NCBI GenBank assembly: GCA_003315675.1
Contig: NIZU01000014.1
Location: 1 to 55,299, forward strand
Origin: Methanocorpusculum sp. MCE
Lineage (GTDB): Archaea > Halobacteriota > Methanomicrobia > Methanomicrobiales > Methanocorpusculaceae
Direction: 5' to 3'
DNA: 55,299 nucleotides
Shown: positions 21,341 through 31,411 of the stretch, piece after piece
How positions within the stretch are numbered: the stretch's first letter is position 1
Layout of the letters: every line of letters starts with the position of its first letter
Program-made: the position numbers and the translations under genes
Notes under the pieces: generated by a model
The model's database searches: none
What the model saw: the letters and a program-made list of their open reading frames with translations, nothing else
What the model was told of the DNA's origin: nothing

Positions 21341-21581
21341 ACATTAGCCACGCAGATGTCTGCAGCATCTTCTTTTCGTATGGCGAGCTGACATCCTCTA
21401 ACCGATATCATCATTGGGTCTCCAAGCGGAGCGACACCGGTGACCCGGACGCAGCAGCCGCGGGTGAGTCCGAGTTCGAGCAGCCTGCTCTGGAAGCCGC
21501 AGTTTGTTCCATTGGTAAATCCAAGGTCGATGCAGATTTTCCTTTCGGAATATCGCATAACCGTAATGATTCATTTTGCAT
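21337..21581 (-). pseudogene. feoA: FeoA, frameshifted near 21530
   Basis: LCDIPKGKSA in one frame, RLLELGLTRG..V.VTGVAPLGDPMMISVRG..LAIRKEDA in another. Confidence 0.8.
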
Positions 21582-21749
21582 ACAAATTACTCTCTTTTTC
21601 GGCACGTATATCCGGGAGCCGAAGGAGTTTGGGATGTATTTTACCTGCCTGAAAAATTACGGCAAATCGGGTATAAAACCGAAATTAAGCGCGGTATCCG
21701 TGGTCTTTGCAGGGATTTATATCTCCGCAGATCAAACTAGTACTGCTCT

Positions 21750-23162
21750 ATGACCGAGATCATTTCAGATCCGTTCCGTCAGAAACTGCTCCTTGTAGCC
21801 GTGGGTATTGCGGTATTTATGGATGCGCTCGACGGCTCGGTCGTGAATATCGCTCTGCCGGTGATCGCCGAAGAGTTCGGCGCCGATGCCGGCACGATCT
21901 CGTGGGTGAGCGTGGCATATCTCGTAACGGTTGCCGGGCTCATTCTCATCTTCGGAAAACTTGCCGATCATGGGCATGTGAAGATTCTTTTCATCGCGGG
22001 TTTCATTCTCTTTACGCTTGGTTCTGTATTCTGCGGGTTATCGCCCGATCTGTTAATCCTCATCATCTCGCGGATATTCCAGGGGGCTGGGGCCGCGATG
22101 ATCGCCGCATCCGCGCCGATGATCTGCGTCAAGTATCTTCCGGCAAAGATGCTGGGGGTCTCGATGGGTGTTCTGACAGCGGCAAGTTCCATTGGATTTG
22201 CCATCGGCCCGGCGATCGGCGGCGTGATCACTCAGCTTCTCTCCTGGCACTGGATTTTTTTCATCAACATACCGATAGGGATCTTTGCCGTGCTGTTTGC
22301 AGTCAGAATCATTCCGCGGGCCCTTGTCCCGGAACGCTCCTTCTTTGATCTGTCCGGCGCGGCTGCGCTTTTCTGTCTGATGGTCTCAGGCGTGTTTGCG
22401 CTGGAGCGTCTCCCGCATCTGGGTTTTTTCGATCCGCTGATCATCGCCGCGGTCTGCGTATGCCTTATCTCGCTCGTCCTCTTCTGTATAGCTGAGCTGA
22501 GAAGCAGTCATCCGATCCTCAACATCCGCGTTTTCAAAAAGCGGCCGCTGACGTTTGTGGTGACGGCGTTTCTGATCAGCCAGATTACCAGTGCGGGGAT
22601 CTTCTATCTTCTTCCGTTTTATTTATCGGCAGGGGTGAATTTGGATCTGGCAGCAAGCGGTATTATGCTTTTTATCCCGCCGGCGGTCACCGCAGCGCTG
22701 AGTATCCCGCTCGGTCACTGGTCCGATCTGTCTGGGCGGCGCGTGTTTGCGGTTGCCGCATTCGGCGTGCTGGCCGTAACGAATCTGATCTACGCCTTCA
22801 TCGTTCCCGAATGGGGTCTGATCCCGCTTGCGGGCAGTCTTCTTCTGCTTGGGCTTGTCTGGGGTATCGGCGGCGGGCCGGCGTCCAGCAGGGTCGTCGA
22901 GCTGATGCCGAAAGGTGAAGAGGGAACCGGGTCGTCTCTGATGATCACGACGATGTACTTCGGTTCCGTTGTCGGAATTGCGCTGTATGCCGCGATATTC
23001 ACCGCGGCGACATCTGCAGCGGGCAGCATCGTCTCGTTTGCCGATCTGGATTACGCGACCTTCATGTACGGATTCCATATCACGAATGCGGCCGGCATAC
23101 TCATCGCCGCCGCGGCTCTGATCTTCTCGGCTATCGTGAAAGATCAGGCACGGGACAAATAG
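21750..23162 (+). CDS. MFS transporter, DHA2 (EmrB/QacA-like) family
   Basis: FMDALDGSVVNIALP, GKLADHGH, RIFQGAG, GPAIGG, WHWIFFINIPIG. Confidence 0.92.
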   Translation: MTEIISDPFRQKLLLVAVGIAVFMDALDGSVVNIALPVIAEEFGADAGTISWVSVAYLVTVAGLILIFGKLADHGHVKILFIAGFILFTLGSVFCGLSPDLLILIISRIFQGAGAAMIAASAPMICVKYLPAKMLGVSMGVLTAASSIGFAIGPAIGGVITQLLSWHWIFFINIPIGIFAVLFAVRIIPRALVPERSFFDLSGAAALFCLMVSGVFALERLPHLGFFDPLIIAAVCVCLISLVLFCIAELRSSHPILNIRVFKKRPLTFVVTAFLISQITSAGIFYLLPFYLSAGVNLDLAASGIMLFIPPAVTAALSIPLGHWSDLSGRRVFAVAAFGVLAVTNLIYAFIVPEWGLIPLAGSLLLLGLVWGIGGGPASSRVVELMPKGEEGTGSSLMITTMYFGSVVGIALYAAIFTAATSAAGSIVSFADLDYATFMYGFHITNAAGILIAAAALIFSAIVKDQARDK

Positions 23163-23236
23163 AAAAAATCCGTGAGTTTTTCAGCCGGCAAAACCGCAAC
23201 TTAATAAAGAGAGGAGAGCTAATCTAAGTGGAGCAA

Positions 23237-23309
23237 GGGGCCGTAGGGTAGCCTGGAATCCTAGGAGACTGGGGGTCTTCTGACTCGCGTTCAAATCGCG
23301 GCGGCCCCA
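23237..23309 (+). tRNA. tRNA-Pro (GGG)
   Basis: Acceptor GGGGCCG/CGGCCCC-A; anticodon arm GGAGA-CTGGGGG-TCTTC; T loop GTTCAAATC. Confidence 0.93.
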
Positions 23310-23329
23310 TACCTGTTTGGAGAGTTTTT

Positions 23330-24187
23330 ATGAAGTTGGCACCGGAATGCAGGACTTGTCTTCTGACAAAAGTCCGTTCACAATCACAAATCGTAACGAA
23401 CGACGAGGAGGTTTTGGCAAGAGTCACCGCCGAATGCACGGAGGTGTATGATCGGTTTATCGAGCAGGATCCGGGGATAACGATAGCCGCGGGTGAGGTA
23501 CACCGGACCTGCTATGCGCTGATCGGGTCAGCCGATCCGTACACGGAGATGAAACGCCAGGACAACACGGGTGCGATCCGGGTCGCCGGGGCCGTCCGTC
23601 CGAAACTCCACACTCTTCATGATTACATGACCGCCGCGATCATCGGCAACACCATCGATTACGGCGTGACCGGGCACGAGGTCTCGACTGATCTGGTTGC
23701 ATTTTTCGAAAAGATGCTTGCCCAGGGCCTGGCGCTCGACGACTCGGAGGAGTTTTTCAAGCTTGCCGACCGCGTGGTCTACTTCACCGACAACTGTGGG
23801 GAGGTCATTTTTGACAAGATGTTCTGCGAAGAACTGAGAAAGAACGGCTCACACGTGACCATCGTCGTGAAGGAAAAACCGATGCTGAACGATTTGACGG
23901 TGAAAGAAGCGGCGGAGATCCGGCCCGAGGATGCAGCAGATGTCGTGTATCACTCGGGCGGCGGGGCGCAGCTGGGGGCCCATCCGCCGTACTTCCCGCC
24001 TGAAGTCCGTGACGCGGTCGATCATGCCACGCTGATCATTGCAAAAGGTCTTGCAAACTACGAGAGCCTGACCAAGTATTCTCTCCGGCCGCCGATCGCC
24101 TATCTGCTGATGGTAAAATGCGACGCTGTCGGCAGGGACGTCGGCGCAAAAAAAGGAGAGATGATCGCAGTTCTCAGGCGTCAGTAG
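23330..24187 (+). CDS. Damage-control phosphatase, DUF89/ARMT1 family
   Basis: C..C, GNTIDYG, DNCGEVIFD, KGLANYESL, VKC. Confidence 0.9.
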   Translation: MKLAPECRTCLLTKVRSQSQIVTNDEEVLARVTAECTEVYDRFIEQDPGITIAAGEVHRTCYALIGSADPYTEMKRQDNTGAIRVAGAVRPKLHTLHDYMTAAIIGNTIDYGVTGHEVSTDLVAFFEKMLAQGLALDDSEEFFKLADRVVYFTDNCGEVIFDKMFCEELRKNGSHVTIVVKEKPMLNDLTVKEAAEIRPEDAADVVYHSGGGAQLGAHPPYFPPEVRDAVDHATLIIAKGLANYESLTKYSLRPPIAYLLMVKCDAVGRDVGAKKGEMIAVLRRQ

Positions 24188-24375
24188 ATCTCCTGTACCC
24201 GGCCGACCGATCCGTCGGTGAGTCTGACCTTGATCCCGTGAGGATGTGATTGGGAGTTGGTCAGGATTTCTGCAACCCGCCCGAACGTCAAAGCTCCCGT
24301 TCCCTGATCTTTTTTCAGGATTATCGCCACCGCATCTCCCGGATGAATATTACTGCGCAGATTTCCCTTGTTCAT
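24181..24375 (-). CDS. YwbE family protein (DUF2196)
   Basis: IILKKDQGTG.LT.G.V..ILTNS..HPHGIKVRL.DG.VGRV. Confidence 0.9.
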   Translation of the reverse strand: MNKGNLRSNIHPGDAVAIILKKDQGTGALTFGRVAEILTNSQSHPHGIKVRLTDGSVGRVQEIY

Positions 24376-24485
24376 GATACACATTACTAGTTGGAAGCCC
24401 GGGTAAAAGTAATGTCTCTATCTTTTCTTCTCACGTAATAATTTCGGTAAGTTTCGCGGCATATCAACATGTTCAGTTATACTCA

Positions 24486-25442
24486 TTATCGTAAATTGAG
24501 AGAATAGTTCGTATCTGTTGAACTAAGCTGGTTAAGATAGGATGTATTTTCTACTGTTTCGATGGTATCTTCCGGGACATTTTTCAGCACATACTGTCTG
24601 AATGTATCATACCCTTCCTCTTCGATCTGGATGCGGAATCGTTTATTTTCCGAGGCGAACCGCCGGACCCAGTCAAGAATCCCTTCCACGACCAGCATCG
24701 CGGATTCCTGCGTAGAGACCGTGGTAAGATAACGTGCAAGATGCGGGAAACGCCCGTGACTTCCGCCGACCATTATCTGATACCCGAGTGGTTTGCCGGT
24801 TATCACGTTGAACTGGCAGGTATGGATACAATTCCCGCAGGTCGTACAAATTTCCTCATTGAGAATAACCGCGCCATGCTTAACGAAAAGTGCCTTTTCT
24901 TTGCAGTAATCAACGCATGTACCGCATCCCGAACACAGGGTGGGATTTCGTATCGGTTTTTGGACGCCGATGATGCCGATATCACTGACCCAGCTGGAAA
25001 CACAGGAATTCGGGCAGGATGATACTGCAATACGTATACGAAGCGGAAGTTCCATGCGGAAATAGCGTTTGTCAATTTCTTTGGCAAGAGTGCTGCTGTC
25101 GATATTTGCAAGTTTGCACCGGTCCGTTCCCGGACAGGCGACTACATTTACCACTTCGGTAAATTCCGCTCCGACCTGTGTCCCGTTTTCTTCCAGCAAA
25201 CCCGCCATCTCCTCAAGATCATGAGGATCGACATGCGGGATCTCTATCGACTGGCGGTTTGTCAGATGGAGAGAACCGTTGCCGAATTTCTTTGCGACCG
25301 CAACGAGACCGCCCATCCGTTCTACGGTTATGTCACCAGCCGGAATCCGTATCCTTACCGTACAAAGATCGGCATTTTTCTGGGTGATTACGCCTCCGAG
25401 GGTATGGACCTGCTGACCGCGCCGTTCAAAATGTATGCTCAT
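24486..25442 (-). CDS. Nitrite/sulfite reductase-like protein with ferredoxin domain (Dsr-like)
   Basis: VRIRIPAG, LTNRQSIEIP, ACPGTDRC, SSCPNSC siroheme-4Fe-4S motifs; two CxxCxxCxxxC. Confidence 0.88.
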   Translation of the reverse strand: MSIHFERRGQQVHTLGGVITQKNADLCTVRIRIPAGDITVERMGGLVAVAKKFGNGSLHLTNRQSIEIPHVDPHDLEEMAGLLEENGTQVGAEFTEVVNVVACPGTDRCKLANIDSSTLAKEIDKRYFRMELPLRIRIAVSSCPNSCVSSWVSDIGIIGVQKPIRNPTLCSGCGTCVDYCKEKALFVKHGAVILNEEICTTCGNCIHTCQFNVITGKPLGYQIMVGGSHGRFPHLARYLTTVSTQESAMLVVEGILDWVRRFASENKRFRIQIEEEGYDTFRQYVLKNVPEDTIETVENTSYLNQLSSTDTNYSLNLR

Positions 25443-25497
25443 AAAAAATCAGGGATCCTTTTAAAAAATCCAAAAAAAAGAAATGTTTTGGACATCA

Positions 25498-26298
25498 TCA
25501 CTTCTTCAGATACAGCTTTGCGTAAATCGGCTGACCTTTGCGTGTCGGGTGACGTTCTCCGTGATCTCCTTCAAAGACGGAGAATACGGCAGTTGTCCCG
25601 GCAACGGTGAGTTCGGCTTCGCCGGCCGGAGCGTATCCGGGCATCATCACATCGACAGTTCCGAAAAGATAGATCTCTCCTCTCGATGCCTGTCCGCCTA
25701 ATCTGCTTTTTGCATTGCCGTGGATAATGACCTTTCCGCCGTCGGCGTGGGTCATGACATGGACATCGACATTGCCGCCGATCTCGATCTCGCCGCCGGT
25801 CATGAACGTTCCACAGTCACTGCCGACATCGCCCTTTACGGTTATCTTTCCATTGCTCATTCCCCGCCAGTCGCCGCGGTAGGATGCTCCGAGATAGTTT
25901 CCGGCGTTGCCGGTGATAGTCAGGTCGCCGCCGCTCATCGCGGTCGCAGCAAAGTGACCTACGCTTCCGTTCACGAGGATTTTTCCTCCGCTCATCCTGG
26001 AACCGACGTACATATCGGCATTGCCGTTCACGACGACTTCGCCGGCCGACATTTTCGCACCGATGTATTTCACTTTCCTGAGATCGCCGTTAAAGACAAG
26101 ATGCGTTTCAGCCGCGGTTGGTCCTGCTTCTCCGGAAACGGTGAAGTAGTCTCCTATCTTTTCCACCGTTTTACCGATGAAGACAGGGAGTTCTGCTATC
26201 TCATCCGCTTTTTTTCCGGCAAGTGCATCCGGCGTGAAACAATCGGCTTCCAGATAGAGATCCGGCTGCTTTTTGATGGTAATTGTTACTGTATTCAT
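25498..26298 (-). CDS. fwdC: Formylmethanofuran dehydrogenase subunit C
   Basis: Glycine-rich beta-helix M.GG.I repeats, LGASYRGDWRGM; operon context. Confidence 0.93.
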   Translation of the reverse strand: MNTVTITIKKQPDLYLEADCFTPDALAGKKADEIAELPVFIGKTVEKIGDYFTVSGEAGPTAAETHLVFNGDLRKVKYIGAKMSAGEVVVNGNADMYVGSRMSGGKILVNGSVGHFAATAMSGGDLTITGNAGNYLGASYRGDWRGMSNGKITVKGDVGSDCGTFMTGGEIEIGGNVDVHVMTHADGGKVIIHGNAKSRLGGQASRGEIYLFGTVDVMMPGYAPAGEAELTVAGTTAVFSVFEGDHGERHPTRKGQPIYAKLYLKK

Positions 26299-26310
26299 AC
26301 GTGTATCTCC

Positions 26311-28020
26311 TTATTGTACCGCATCGATTTTCACGGCGCACGGATTTTTCATGAATTCATGTTCAGTGACTTCGTAGTTGTTCTTCGTAACGGAGTAATA
26401 CTTAACAAACGTCATATCGATGTCGCGTTCAACCTGGCGGTTGGGTTTGGTCGTCACATCGACCCAGTAGGTCTTCTTATTACCGTTGCTTACCAGTTCT
26501 CCGTCGTTGAGAATGACTTCGCCCGATTTTATCAGGTATTTTGCATGAGAGAATGCCCATTCGATCTTTTCCGGATCTGAGTCGGTCTCCGGGTTGTAGG
26601 GATACACGGCAACATCGGCCTGCATTCCGGGAGCTAAACCGCCAATAGACGAGCTAAGACCCAGCGCTTTTGCCGTTCCTGCTCTGGTCATCTGTGCGAT
26701 TTCGTAGAGCGTCAGTTCGCGGTCGATCGAACCGAGCGTTGACCGGTCGCGGACCTTGTCTTCGTTCTTCATCGAGGCGAAGACATCGTTTCTCGCTTTC
26801 TCGCTCATGAGCCATTTCATGACTCTCGGGTATCTCCAGAATGGTCCGGCATTCGGGTGGTCCGTCGTCAGGTGGCAGCGCATGTGATCTTTTGCGAGCA
26901 GAGCCATCTCAAGACCGATGGACCACTGGACACCGCATACATACACATCCTTACTGTACACATACGGCACAATCCCAGACCCGCATTCCAGTTCTACATC
27001 GGTGTTTGCCCACTTCAGATGATTGAGTTTGTTCAGGTGGTACTCGAACGGACCGTCGCCGGTCATGGTCGTCGTCTCGTCCAAAGTAACGAATCCGACA
27101 TCGCAGGTGACGGCCGGATGGCTGTTGATGTAGTCCATGACTTCTTCGCCTTTCGACTCGAAGTCGGCCCAGGTCGTTCCGCCGTAGGAGTGGAACTGGA
27201 TATGGGTGTGGTGCAGTACCTGGTCTCTGTTGAAGTTGTTGTTTGGTTTGATACCTTCACTGAGTTTCAACGTGTCGAGCGTGGTTATGTAGTTGCCCGG
27301 ATTTCCAAGATTATTGGAATGGAGATGCAGCGAGTGGGGAAGATGCAGATACTCGTTGACTTCCATAAGACCGCTGACGATCTGTTTGGGCGTGATGTCG
27401 AAGTACGGGACCGGGTCATCGATACTGAGGCAGTTTAATCCCCACGCCCAGGCTTCCGTTCCTCCGGGATTCACGCATTTAATACCGTAACCCTTGGTCG
27501 AACGCAGCAGCCAGGCAGCGTAGGCAGCCGCGTTCTCAATCTCGCCGCGTTTGAGATAATCGAGAATGAACCAGTTGTTTCCAAACATCGGAAGGGCTGC
27601 TTCATCGAGGATAGGGGTATCACGCAGTTCTTCATGGGTGTGACGTGCATAGAGCGGCGGCATTGCCGCTTCAATTACGGTCGTATATCCCATGTCGGCA
27701 TATGTGTAGGCTGTTTTGAAGACCGTCGGCACCGATGTTCCGCCAGACATGTGACGAATGCCGCGGTAAGGTTCATAGGCCGACTGCATTTTGTCTTCCG
27801 GACGGAAGTTCCTGCCGACGTTGACTTTGGCTCCGGCTACGTGTGAATGGATATCGACACCGCCGGCCATAACCACCATGCCTGATGCATCGATGGTTTT
27901 TTCAGCCTTAGAAAGATTTTTGACGATTTTTCCGTCCTCAATGATGATATCTTTTTTCTCTCCATTGATACCCTGTGTCGGGTCAACGACGAATCCGTTT
28001 TTGATGTGTATCGAGGTCAT
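26311..28020 (-). CDS. fwdA: Formylmethanofuran dehydrogenase subunit A
   Basis: GGVDIHSHVAG, KCVNPGG, TTDHPNAGPF, amidohydrolase fold. Confidence 0.96.
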   Translation of the reverse strand: MTSIHIKNGFVVDPTQGINGEKKDIIIEDGKIVKNLSKAEKTIDASGMVVMAGGVDIHSHVAGAKVNVGRNFRPEDKMQSAYEPYRGIRHMSGGTSVPTVFKTAYTYADMGYTTVIEAAMPPLYARHTHEELRDTPILDEAALPMFGNNWFILDYLKRGEIENAAAYAAWLLRSTKGYGIKCVNPGGTEAWAWGLNCLSIDDPVPYFDITPKQIVSGLMEVNEYLHLPHSLHLHSNNLGNPGNYITTLDTLKLSEGIKPNNNFNRDQVLHHTHIQFHSYGGTTWADFESKGEEVMDYINSHPAVTCDVGFVTLDETTTMTGDGPFEYHLNKLNHLKWANTDVELECGSGIVPYVYSKDVYVCGVQWSIGLEMALLAKDHMRCHLTTDHPNAGPFWRYPRVMKWLMSEKARNDVFASMKNEDKVRDRSTLGSIDRELTLYEIAQMTRAGTAKALGLSSSIGGLAPGMQADVAVYPYNPETDSDPEKIEWAFSHAKYLIKSGEVILNDGELVSNGNKKTYWVDVTTKPNRQVERDIDMTFVKYYSVTKNNYEVTEHEFMKNPCAVKIDAVQ

Positions 28021-29336
28021 TAGGCAGCTCCCTTGATCTGGTTTACTTCTTTGAGAACACGATCGAGGAATTCGGCATCCGTGAGCATTCCCGCCGGCGG
28101 ATCGACAACTTTGCGGGAGTCGATCGGCACGTTATCCATACGGTAACAGGAACCTCCGACTTCGATACCGACCAATGCGACCGGAACATGACATTTGGAG
28201 ACCGCGACGGTCGGCGTCATGTGGGGGTCGACACATACTGTTGGGATGGCGTTGATCTTTTTCACGGATCCGATCGGGAAATGTGATCCAGGATCACTGC
28301 CGATAACTAAGCATCCGTCGACTTCGCCGCGCATCAGAAGATCGTTGGAACTTGTTTCTCCCGGATTATATCTGGCGAAACCGCGTGAAAGGTCGACACA
28401 GAACGGGAAACCGAACTGCCAGCCGAGAACCTGACCGGCTCCGGTGACATTATCGTTTCAACGCATGGCAATGATGCTTGCTTTCGTACAGTTGTTCAGA
28501 TCAGCGGTCAGGGCAATGGCCATGTCGATGTTATGGTTTTTCCCAAGGGAGTGGGTGACGCCCATACCGAAGAAAATAACGACGAATCTTCCTTTCTTCA
28601 GCATTTCGACGGTCTCATAGATTTTATCTCTGGAGACTCCGGCGATCATTTCCGGCAGCGGGGCACCTTTGAGTGCGGCACGGAACGCATCGAGAAGTTC
28701 GTAGTCACGTCCCTGTTCAACCTGAATATATTCATCGGCAAGAGATGCACTGTCAGTCGGACGGGGGTCCACGACGACGATTTTTCTGCTCTTCGAACCT
28801 TTTCCGGTGAAATAACCACGGGAATAGATCGAGTAGCGGGACATGTGGCGCGGGTGTGCGTGTGCCGGGTTGCATCCCCAGAAGATTATTCTGTCGGCAC
28901 GGTTTTTGACTTCACCAAGCGTACAGGAGGGAATACCGACATCCTGCATTGCGATGAGGGTCGGTCCATGGCAGACGGTTGCCGTGTTGTCGAGGACACC
29001 GCCGACCTGTTCTGCAATCATGTGCCCGGTCGACTGAGCTTCGCAGGACGTGGACGACCAGCCGTACATCAGCGGTTTTTTTGCGTCGCACAGAATCTTT
29101 GCGGTATATTTTGCTGCTTCATCATAGGAAATGTCTTTCCAGGAGCCGTCTTCCTGCTTCATACGCGGGCTGGTTATCCGGTCAGGCGACTGGACATGAA
29201 GGAATTTCTCGGTTCCAATTGCACACGCATTGTACACTTCAAGAATCTGTTTACCGTCATCGCTGACGTCAATTTGAATGTCATCACAAAGAGTACCGCA
29301 GAATGGGCAGACAATATCAGTTAATCTTTTACTCAT
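28020..29336 (-). CDS. fwdB: Formylmethanofuran dehydrogenase subunit B, interrupted by in-frame TGA at 28458-28460 (error or pseudogene)
   Basis: CPFCGTLCDD, TATVCHG, EVKNRAD, HAHPRHMSRYS; MR*NDNVTG replaces conserved MRGHYNV; the frame continues to 28020. Confidence 0.9.
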
Positions 29337-29344
29337 TTTTTCCC

Positions 29345-29743
29345 TCAGGCGTCATTGCAGGATTGCAATATAAGATCGATAGAACTCAGAACCTGCTCAT
29401 TTTCAGCGGGTTCAACGGTTACTGCTGTACCTTTGAACGTCGGCGTTCCCGTTGAGTTGGTATTCTCATCCACGAGCATATTCGCCCACGGACCCATCGG
29501 GATCCATCCAAGACCCGGGTGGGGACCCTGTGTTGCGAGTACGGCTTTAACAACAACACTACCGAATTTACTGGTGACACGGACATTGGTATTTTTCATA
29601 ATACCCAGTTTAAGTATGTCGGCCTGGTCAAGTTCGATTAACCCGCAGGATGTCATGTAGTCCTTTTTCTCTTTTCCGGCTTCCATCGAGACTCCTTGTT
29701 GGATCGTCCGGCCAGAAATTAAATTAATGTTGATTTTAGTCAT
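29345..29743 (-). CDS. fwdD: Formylmethanofuran dehydrogenase subunit D
   Basis: SGRTIQQG, IPMGPWANM, TGTPTFKG. Confidence 0.94.
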   Translation of the reverse strand: MTKININLISGRTIQQGVSMEAGKEKKDYMTSCGLIELDQADILKLGIMKNTNVRVTSKFGSVVVKAVLATQGPHPGLGWIPMGPWANMLVDENTNSTGTPTFKGTAVTVEPAENEQVLSSIDLILQSCNDA

Positions 29744-29774
29744 GTTTCAGTTCTCCCGAAAATTCACTCTTTAG

Positions 29775-29975
29775 ATGAAATACATTGGATGTGGTGTGCG
29801 GGTCAAATTACTGTGAAAAAGCAGTTACAATTATTAACCATAAAATCGAGATGATTGGTCCAAATACCGCCGCAGACATGTTGAAAACAAAGCGCCACCT
29901 TTGATCCTGCCTGTTCTGCGTCATTGGAACAAATGTGGTATTTGTTCAGATATCTGTCGAGCATCGTGGATCACG
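29775..29975 (+). pseudogene. Possible degenerate 2x[4Fe-4S] ferredoxin relic
   Basis: Fragments KYIGCGVRV/NYCEKAV and WNKCGICSDICRA in broken frames. Confidence 0.35.
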
Positions 29976-30716
29976 ACACATATTTTAAGTATGTAACATT
30001 ACTTCGTCCTGTGAATACAACTAGGACTCATGTGCGGGACACGATAGCTGCAGATCCAATACCTCATCCAGATTGGTCATTAATTCAATGCAAGAAGTAA
30101 TTTTGACCGTATAACCAATGCATCGTGTATGAGCAAATAGTTACAAATCTACGTTTAATTCAGGGCGTATTAATATATTATGTTCTCAATAAATAAATTA
30201 ATTTGTGTTTATTTTTTATATTTGTAAATATTTTTATATTAATCAGCTCCAAGGTTGTTTAGGCCCTTATCTAACTAAGATTAACAGGGCCGAAAACCCA
30301 AGAAAACCCATTTTTCTTCATTTTTCGGCAGAACGCGCATCTTATTGATTTTTGCTTTTTGTAAATATTATTTTATTAACGTTTTGAAAAAATATGTGGT
30401 TTACTATTGACATGATTGCTGAAAGTACATTACTTGAAAATAGCCGGCCGAATTCTGTATTTGCCGGATTTTGCTGCCGTGCGACAACGGCACGATCCTG
30501 AATATCGGTTGGACTCCAAAGAGAAAAAAATATCATCCGTGCAGTGTTTTGAGGAGGGAGGTGATATTTGCTGATTTGGATTTGTACTGGAAAAAGCTGA
30601 GAATTTCAGAACAATCCCAAAATATTTTCCGGGAAAATACTGAGACTTGCGGTACCACATCCAAACACTATTAATAGAAGAACTCCTAATTCATGGTTAA
30701 CGGAGTTGTTTCAATC

Positions 30717-31124
30717 ATGGCCTCGGGTAAATCAAAAAACGACAAAAAAGCAAGTAAGGAAGCTTCCAAGAAACTCGTGAAGAAGACGAAGACGGCAAAG
30801 AAGACATTAAAGCAGCTCAGGAAAGAGAAGGAAGCAGCCGAGAGTCTGCTCACCTACTGCCGGTCCATGAGCAATTATTTTGCCGAACAGGCCGCTCTCG
30901 AAGGCATGCTTGAGGAGTCATCCGAGCAGCAGGTCGGTGAAACGCTTTGTGCGACAAGAGACAGTTTCCTCAAAGGGTTCCACGAGTCCGAGGAGTATGC
31001 AGCCGCTCTTACAGCCTACCGCAGCAAATTCCACGAGGAGTCCGCCTCCCAATCCGAAGAGATCCCGGAGATTCGGGCCGAAGACACCCTTCCGGAAAGC
31101 GAATCCGAAACTCAGGAATACTGA
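30717..31124 (+). CDS. Hypothetical protein, Lys-rich N-terminus and acidic C-terminus
   Basis: Coherent ORF with host-like codon usage, followed by a T-tract. Confidence 0.7.
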   Translation: MASGKSKNDKKASKEASKKLVKKTKTAKKTLKQLRKEKEAAESLLTYCRSMSNYFAEQAALEGMLEESSEQQVGETLCATRDSFLKGFHESEEYAAALTAYRSKFHEESASQSEEIPEIRAEDTLPESESETQEY

Positions 31125-31411
31125 ATTCAACATTTTCATCTTTTTTTTATCCGTCTATAGTGCCGCAAAACAACCGAATGGGTAATCCGGGTTCCCCATG
31201 GGATTGGATTGTGCTGATATTTTCATTTGGTTTTGAAATTTTGTCGTCAGGACATGCGCGCAACTTCGACAAACGTTGAAATGTCATCAGGACTGCCGCT
31301 GAACAAATACCTCAAACCACAGAGTATATATCAAATCTACATGATAAATAATGTATAATTCGGATTCGCGGGGGTGAACCCCGTGAACGAGATACCTACT
31401 GGAGTACCGAC

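Noticed and set aside
28458..28460. Selenocysteine UGA in fwdB
   Set aside because: The Sec/Cys ligand position (TATVCHG) is a normal Cys here. The TGA replaces a Gly and neighbouring codons are also altered.
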